11,113 nucleotides of DNA from an archaeon (lineage in GTDB: Archaea > Iainarchaeota > Iainarchaeia > Iainarchaeales > CSSED10-239). Made by a program: the position numbers and the translations under genes. Under the pieces are notes generated by a model. It worked only from the letters and a program-made list of their open reading frames with translations, searched no databases and had not been told where the DNA came from. The stretch spans positions 1 through 11,113 of the forward strand of contig DAOOUC010000017.1 in the NCBI GenBank assembly GCA_035390665.1, in the 5' to 3' direction. Of this stretch, positions 6,472 to 11,113 are shown one piece after another (the first letter of the stretch is position 1; every line of letters begins with the position of its first letter).

Positions 6472-6702
6472 ATGGAAAGACAACCAGTAGATGATAGAGA
6501 TCACAGAATGATAGGAAATCTTGTATCTATAGGATATGATGCAGAAAATGAAATTCTAGAAATAGAATATCAATTAGGCTATATTTACCAATATCTTAAG
6601 GTTCCAAAATCAGCCTATGATAAATTAATGTCTGAAAGAAACAAGATTGTTTTTGTTCAAGAAAGAATTGCTAAAGTTTATAGAAATCAAAGACTTAAGT
6701 AA
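6472..6702 (+). CDS. KTSC-domain protein (stand-alone)
   Basis: 76 aa. LVSIGYDAENEILEIEYQLGYIYQYLKVPKSAYDKLMSE fits the KTSC pattern (i.avgYd...L.veF..G.vY.Y.gVp..vy..l). GGAG (6458-6461) lies 10 nt upstream of the ATG. Confidence 0.7.
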   Translation: MERQPVDDRDHRMIGNLVSIGYDAENEILEIEYQLGYIYQYLKVPKSAYDKLMSERNKIVFVQERIAKVYRNQRLK

Positions 6703-6722
6703 AGTCTTTTCTTTTTCTTTTT
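6691..6722 (+). terminator. Hairpin plus T-tract terminator overlapping the KTSC stop codon
   Basis: AGACTT (6691-6696), loop AAGTA, AAGTCT (6702-6707), followed by tttctttttcttttt. Confidence 0.45.
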
Positions 6723-6743
6723 GTTGTTATTAAAACTAACAAC
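6723..6743. promoter_or_regulatory. Perfect inverted repeat GTTGTTA-N7-TAACAAC, candidate operator
   Basis: GTTGTTA (6723-6729) and TAACAAC (6737-6743) are exact reverse complements. The repeat sits directly upstream of a TATA-like box and 31-51 nt upstream of the TrmB-family gene ATG. Confidence 0.35.
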
Positions 6744-6744
6744 A

Positions 6745-6754
6745 TTTTTAAATA
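6745..6754 (+). promoter_or_regulatory. TATA-like box of the TrmB/RND operon (apparently leaderless)
   Basis: TTTTTAAATA is centred ~25 nt upstream of the ATG at 6774, the same geometry as at 5541-5550 for the minus-strand operon. No SD. Confidence 0.3.
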
Positions 6755-6773
6755 GTTTGTATCATTTATATTT

Positions 6774-7514
6774 ATGCAGAAAGATTATCATGATTATTTA
6801 GTAAAGTTACAAGAACTTGGATTATCTAAGAATGAGGCAGTAATTTATTTGGAGTTATTAAACTCTGGAGAGATTTCCGCAAATGATCTTTCAAGAAAAG
6901 TAAGTTTTGATAGAACTTTGTGTTATCAATTATTAAATAAATTAATTGAAAAAGGATTAGTTCAAAGTTATGTCAAGCAAAAAAAGAAAATATTTAATCT
7001 TACAGACCCAAAGGATTTATTACTACCAATAAAACAAAAAGAGCAAATTGCTCAAAGCTTAATTACTGAATTAAATATCTTAAAATCAAGAACAAAATAC
7101 GAAGAACAAAATCTATTGATTTATCAAGGAGATAACGGAGTAGATGCTGTCTTTAATGAACTACTAAATTCAAAAGAAGTTTTTATATTTGGTGGAGCTA
7201 CTAAAACATTTAATATTAGAAAAATGCCATGTACAATTGTAAAAAAACTAAATCAATTAAATCTAAAAGGTAAAGCAATAATATCTGATGTAAATGATTA
7301 CAAAGAATGTGGCTTTAATCTTAAACAATTAAAAGTAAGGGAATTAAAAGGAATGAACAATGTTGTTACAACAATAATTTATGGAGATAAAATAGGAATA
7401 CACATTATAGCAGAAACTCCAATCGTAATATTTATTAATAACAAAACAGTTGCAAAATCTTATTTAGAACATTTTAATAATTTGTGGAATCAAGCAAAGG
7501 ACATTAAGAGATAA
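6774..7514 (+). CDS. TrmB-family transcriptional regulator
   Basis: 246 aa. The N-terminal wHTH LQELGLSKNEAVIYLELLNSGEISANDLSRKVSFDRTLCYQLLNKLIEKGLVQSYVKQKKKIFNLTDPKDLL fits the TrmB pattern (lGlt.yEa.vY..Ll..g..ta.els..sgv.r..vY.vL..L..kGlv). A coiled linker and a C-terminal effector-like domain follow. Confidence 0.88.
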   Translation: MQKDYHDYLVKLQELGLSKNEAVIYLELLNSGEISANDLSRKVSFDRTLCYQLLNKLIEKGLVQSYVKQKKKIFNLTDPKDLLLPIKQKEQIAQSLITELNILKSRTKYEEQNLLIYQGDNGVDAVFNELLNSKEVFIFGGATKTFNIRKMPCTIVKKLNQLNLKGKAIISDVNDYKECGFNLKQLKVRELKGMNNVVTTIIYGDKIGIHIIAETPIVIFINNKTVAKSYLEHFNNLWNQAKDIKR

Positions 7515-7517
7515 AAT

Positions 7518-8696
7518 ATGAGTATCTTAGAAAACACCTTAGAGAAACTAGCAGAGGTTCAAAAGAAGCACAATTACTATATTCTAGTAGCTGTAATTAT
7601 AATTACAATATTTATGGCAATTGGGGCATCAAAACTACAAATGCAAACAGACATGAGTAAAGAGATGCCACAAGACCTTCCGATCTTTAAATTAAATGAA
7701 AGAATTACAGATAAGTTTGGAGGACAAGACACAATTTTAGTTGTTTTACAAGTAGATGATTCTTCAAATTCAAAAGATGCAATAACGGATCTAAGAGATC
7801 CAAAAGTAATAACTTATCTTCAAGAGCTAGAATATTCACTTACAAAAGAAACATCAATTGACGGAGCATATTCTGTTGCAACTTACATGAACGGATATCC
7901 AATAACAACAAAAGAACAAGTAATTGCTTTTATAAAAAATGTTCCACAAACTTCTTCCTTTTATAGTAAAGACTATAAAGTCACAGCAATGTACATTACT
8001 ACAGATTTAGGAACAAGTGAAGATAGAATTATTTCAACAACAGATCTAATTAATGATAAAATAAACTCTTTATCAAAACCTCCTGGAGTAAAAGTAATGA
8101 TAACCGGAAATGCTCCGATGAGAGTTACACTTCTAGAGATTCTAAAAAAAGATGCGATATTTACTTTGCTTTTAGCTGCTTTAATTATTTTAGTTATTTT
8201 ATTTATTACAGAAAAATCAGTACCAAAAGGAATAATTGTTTTTACACCACTTTTCTTTGGAATAATTTGGACAGTTGGAACAATGGGTTGGGTTGGTTTA
8301 AAATTATCTGTTGCAACTGTTGGTATTGGTGCAATGATTTTGGGTCTTGGTGTTGAATATGGGGTATTTATGCTTGCAAGATATAAAGAAGAAAGAGAGA
8401 AGGGCAAAAGTCAATTAAATACCTTAAAATTATCAGTTCCTTCAGTGGGTATCGGCATACTTGGTTCAGCTACAACAACAATTGTTGGTTTCTTGGCACT
8501 AACTTTATCAGTTATGCCAATGCTTCAGCATTTAGGGTTGTCTTTAGCTCTTGGAATTTTTTATTGTCTTCTAGCAGCGTTATTTATTGAACCAGTTTTT
8601 ATTATAAAGATGGAAGAATGGGAATATCATTTTGCAAATAGATTACATGATAAGTTTGCAAAGATGAAAGAATCTGCAAAAAGTGATCTAGAATGA
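7518..8696 (+). CDS. RND-superfamily (MMPL/HAE3-like) exporter, N-terminal-type half (1 TM + ectodomain + 5 TM)
   Basis: 392 aa. TM1 at about aa 21-38, a ~170-aa extracytoplasmic domain, then five TMs. These contain the MMPL-like core GLGVEYGVFMLARYKEEREKG and SATTTIVGFLALTLS. The ATG lies 3 nt after the TrmB stop. Confidence 0.85.
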   Translation: MSILENTLEKLAEVQKKHNYYILVAVIIITIFMAIGASKLQMQTDMSKEMPQDLPIFKLNERITDKFGGQDTILVVLQVDDSSNSKDAITDLRDPKVITYLQELEYSLTKETSIDGAYSVATYMNGYPITTKEQVIAFIKNVPQTSSFYSKDYKVTAMYITTDLGTSEDRIISTTDLINDKINSLSKPPGVKVMITGNAPMRVTLLEILKKDAIFTLLLAALIILVILFITEKSVPKGIIVFTPLFFGIIWTVGTMGWVGLKLSVATVGIGAMILGLGVEYGVFMLARYKEEREKGKSQLNTLKLSVPSVGIGILGSATTTIVGFLALTLSVMPMLQHLGLSLALGIFYCLLAALFIEPVFIIKMEEWEYHFANRLHDKFAKMKESAKSDLE

Positions 8697-9844
8697 ACCA
8701 GATAGATAAATTTGTAGAATGGTATTCAAAGTTTGTTTCAAAAAAATTACTTTTAATGGTCATTATTGTTGTTATTGTTACAGGAATTGCAATTTATTAT
8801 TCCGGAACAGTAACTACAAAAAATATAGACTACAAAGATATGCTTCCAGAAAATAGAGAAACAATCTATGCACTAAATGTAATTTCAGATAATCTTGGCG
8901 GTTCTGATTTTTCAATGATTGCAATTGAGATTGATTCTAAATACATTAATTCAAATGAAAGCAGAGACATTAGAGATCCAGAAATATTAGAATACATTGA
9001 TAAATTAACAAAGCTTTCTGAAAAAATAGAAGACGTTGAGTCTGTATCAAGCCCAACAACAATAATAAGACTTGGGAATAATGGGAATCTTCTAAAATCA
9101 AAAACAGAAATTAATGATTTTATTTTAAATAATCCACAAATGTCTCAATATATAAGTAAAGATTATCAAATGGCTCTTATAAAATTAAGATTAAGAGAAA
9201 ACTATGATGATAAAACAATACTTCAAGAAATGGAATCAACAATCAATCAATTACCAAAAAAAGAAGGAATAACAATTAGTCCTGCAGGTCAAGCTTTAGA
9301 AGGCGCAGTAGTTGATAAACAGATTGGTCCAGACATTTCAAGAACAAGTCAGTTTTCGATGATTGGAATAATTCTAATCTTGTTATTTTTATTTAGATCA
9401 ATAATTTTTGGATTAACTCCGCTTTCAACAATTGTTATTGGTATTGTGTGGGCATTTGGTTTTATTGGATTAATGGGAATAGGTATAAGTTCAATAACGT
9501 CAGGAGTTATTTCTATGATAATGGGTGTAGGAATAGATTTTGGTATACAGATAGTTAATAGATTTAAACAAGAATTGAAAACAACAACAGATGAAGCAAA
9601 AGCGATGGAGATTACACTTAATAATGTAATTATCCCAATGGGTACAACAACAATAGCGGCATTGATAGGTTTTACTGCAATGTCTATGGGAGAACTTTCC
9701 ATTATGAGAGATTTAGGAAACATGCTAACTTATGGAATTGTTGCTTGTTTTTTTGCAGCAATAACAATTGTTCCAGTATTATTAATATTAGTAGTAAAGA
9801 TTTCAAAAAAAGCAAAAGAAAAAATTAAAGAGGGAAAAATATGA
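8693..9844 (+). CDS. RND-superfamily (MMPL/HAE3-like) exporter, second half (1 TM + ectodomain + 5 TM)
   Basis: 383 aa, a paralogue of the preceding gene with the same topology. Core GVGIDFGIQIVNRFKQE and GTTTIAALIGFTAMSM; DIRDPEILEYIDKL parallels DLRDPKVITYLQEL. The start overlaps the upstream stop (ATGA, 8693-8696). Confidence 0.85.
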   Translation: MNQIDKFVEWYSKFVSKKLLLMVIIVVIVTGIAIYYSGTVTTKNIDYKDMLPENRETIYALNVISDNLGGSDFSMIAIEIDSKYINSNESRDIRDPEILEYIDKLTKLSEKIEDVESVSSPTTIIRLGNNGNLLKSKTEINDFILNNPQMSQYISKDYQMALIKLRLRENYDDKTILQEMESTINQLPKKEGITISPAGQALEGAVVDKQIGPDISRTSQFSMIGIILILLFLFRSIIFGLTPLSTIVIGIVWAFGFIGLMGIGISSITSGVISMIMGVGIDFGIQIVNRFKQELKTTTDEAKAMEITLNNVIIPMGTTTIAALIGFTAMSMGELSIMRDLGNMLTYGIVACFFAAITIVPVLLILVVKISKKAKEKIKEGKI

Positions 9845-11100
9845 ATAAAAGAATAATAAGTATTATGATTGGTATGAGTTTACTTTTAATTGTTGGATTA
9901 TTTATTAGTCCAGTATCTGCAGCAACAAATTTAGACACTGCATCATTAAGAGTAAATCTTCTTAATCAAGATCCTGATCCTGCAGAACCTGGAAAATATG
10001 TAGAAATTAGATTGAAGGCAGAAAAATTTGGAAACAATCCATTAACAAATGTAAATTTCTATTTAGAAACTGAATATCCTTTTTCATTCGATGGTTCAGA
10101 CACGCCAGATAAAAACATAGGTAGAATTAATTACATTAGTGGAGAAGATTGGTATTATACTTTAAAGTATAAACTACTTGTAGATTCTAAAGCACTTGAA
10201 GGAACATATACTTTAAAATTAAAATATAAGATAAATAACTCTCAGATACAAGGAGTAACAGAATTTGATATTTCTGTTTCTGATGCTAAGTATCCTGATT
10301 TTGTTGCAGGAAATATTATTTCAAGTCCAACAAAATTAGTTGCAGATACTGATGCTGCACAACTAAATGTAGAAATAAGTAATATAGGAGACAAAGATGC
10401 TCAAAATGTTGTTGCAAAATTAAATCTTCCAAAAGAGATAAGTGCAACCTATAGTTATTCAGACAGAGCAAACCTTGGAACAATTGGAGAAGGTAGTAGT
10501 AAAACTGCAACCTATTATCTAGATATAGATAAAATTGCAGAAACAAAAAACTATATTGTTCCTTTAGTTATAAGTTATAAAGAAGCAGACGATAAAGAAA
10601 ACGAATATCAAACAAAGACAATAAATCTGGAAATACCAATAAAAGAAAAACCAAAGTTTCAAATACTTTCAATAACAACACAACCAGAGAAGATAATTCC
10701 AGGCAGCGTGGTAAAATTAAAAATTGATTTAAAAAATATTGGAAAAGATGCAGATTCTGTTTCTTTAAAGATATATAAAGAATCAAGTCAACCATTTACC
10801 TTTAATGAAAAAACAGACTATATTGGTAATCTTGATAAAGACCAAGAAGGAAATGCAATTATTTCTTTTGATGTAGATAAAGATGCAGAAGCTAAGAAAT
10901 ATATTCTTGACTTAGAGATAAGAGCAATTGATGGCGAGCAAGTAATTGTGCAAAACGAATCTTTAACAATAGAAGTAGGAAAGAAAGAAAGCACAAATGT
11001 TGTTCTTTACACAATTGTTGGAATAATCGTCTTCTTGGTTGCAGGCGCTTATATCTATTACCAAAACAAAAAAGAAAAGAAAGACAAGAAAAAGAAATAA
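9841..11100 (+). CDS. Secreted, C-terminally membrane-anchored protein with three CARDB/COG1361-like beta-sandwich domains
   Basis: 419 aa. Signal peptide ...FISPVSA|ATN. Three ~115-aa repeats each carry the CARDB-type strand pattern (PGKYVEIRLKAEKFGNNPLTNVNFYL; AAQLNVEISNIGDKDAQNVVAKLNL; PGSVVKLKIDLKNIGKDADSVSLKIY) and each ends in ..Y.l.l.i.Y. C-terminal TM VVLYTIVGIIVFLVAGAYIYY plus a Lys-rich tail. The start overlaps the upstream stop (ATGA, 9841-9844). Confidence 0.8.
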   Translation: MNKRIISIMIGMSLLLIVGLFISPVSAATNLDTASLRVNLLNQDPDPAEPGKYVEIRLKAEKFGNNPLTNVNFYLETEYPFSFDGSDTPDKNIGRINYISGEDWYYTLKYKLLVDSKALEGTYTLKLKYKINNSQIQGVTEFDISVSDAKYPDFVAGNIISSPTKLVADTDAAQLNVEISNIGDKDAQNVVAKLNLPKEISATYSYSDRANLGTIGEGSSKTATYYLDIDKIAETKNYIVPLVISYKEADDKENEYQTKTINLEIPIKEKPKFQILSITTQPEKIIPGSVVKLKIDLKNIGKDADSVSLKIYKESSQPFTFNEKTDYIGNLDKDQEGNAIISFDVDKDAEAKKYILDLEIRAIDGEQVIVQNESLTIEVGKKESTNVVLYTIVGIIVFLVAGAYIYYQNKKEKKDKKKK

Positions 11101-11113
11101 GATTCTTTTTCTT

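Noticed and set aside
8685-8700. The RND split as a frameshifted pseudogene
   Set aside because: Tentatively rejected. The ATGA overlap is the same coupling device used at 9841. Both halves are complete 6-TM units of near-equal length with proper cytoplasmic termini. There is no homopolymer at the junction. This still needs comparison with orthologues (see findings).
7973-9723. Minus-strand ORFs 7973..8407 and 9349..9723 inside the RND halves
   Set aside because: They are Ile/Pro/Thr-rich mirror images of TM-rich coding sequence. The plus-strand frames carry MMPL-type motifs.
10316-10795. Minus-strand ORFs 10316..10546 and 10568..10795 inside the CARDB-like gene
   Set aside because: They are Leu/Gln/Tyr-rich, low-complexity shadows. 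The plus frame has a signal peptide, three coherent domain repeats and a TM anchor.
1-11113. CRISPR arrays, tandem repeats, IS elements, toxin-antitoxin or known defence genes
   Set aside because: I found no regularly spaced direct repeats, terminal inverted repeats, transposase, integrase or nuclease motifs on either strand. The only long repeat is the tRNA-Ser pair.

Overview
Strongly AT-rich (by eye roughly 30% G+C, not computed), gene-dense 11.1-kb window. I can support 14 protein genes and 2 tRNA genes. I saw no rRNA, CRISPR array, transposase, integrase or recognisable defence gene. Contents: (i) a membrane-anchored Asn/Tyr-rich secreted protein, convergent with CTP synthase (pyrG). (ii) Two 94%-identical tRNA-Ser genes (anticodons TGA and GGA) that bracket a Trbp111/CsaA-type tRNA-binding protein gene, which abuts a DUF4405-like His-rich 2-TM membrane protein gene. 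(iii) A minus-strand, tightly coupled trio of membrane proteins: a compact 12-TM MFS-like transporter, a 68-aa signal-peptide/TM microprotein and a 116-aa 4-TM protein. (iv) mscL, a small wHTH-like protein and a KTSC-domain protein. (v) The most interesting block, a near-zero-gap four-gene operon: a TrmB-family regulator, two paralogous 6-TM RND/MMPL half-transporters, and a secreted, C-terminally anchored protein with three CARDB-like beta-sandwich domains. A perfect 7-N7-7 palindrome next to a TATA-like box precedes it. An archaeon with a small AT-rich genome (DPANN-like) is suggested by TATA-like boxes about 25 nt upstream of two ATGs (the MFS-like gene and the TrmB gene), the TrmB regulator, the HAE3-like RND genes and the CCA-less tRNAs; this is inference only. 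All family assignments come from recognising motifs by eye; no searches were run.
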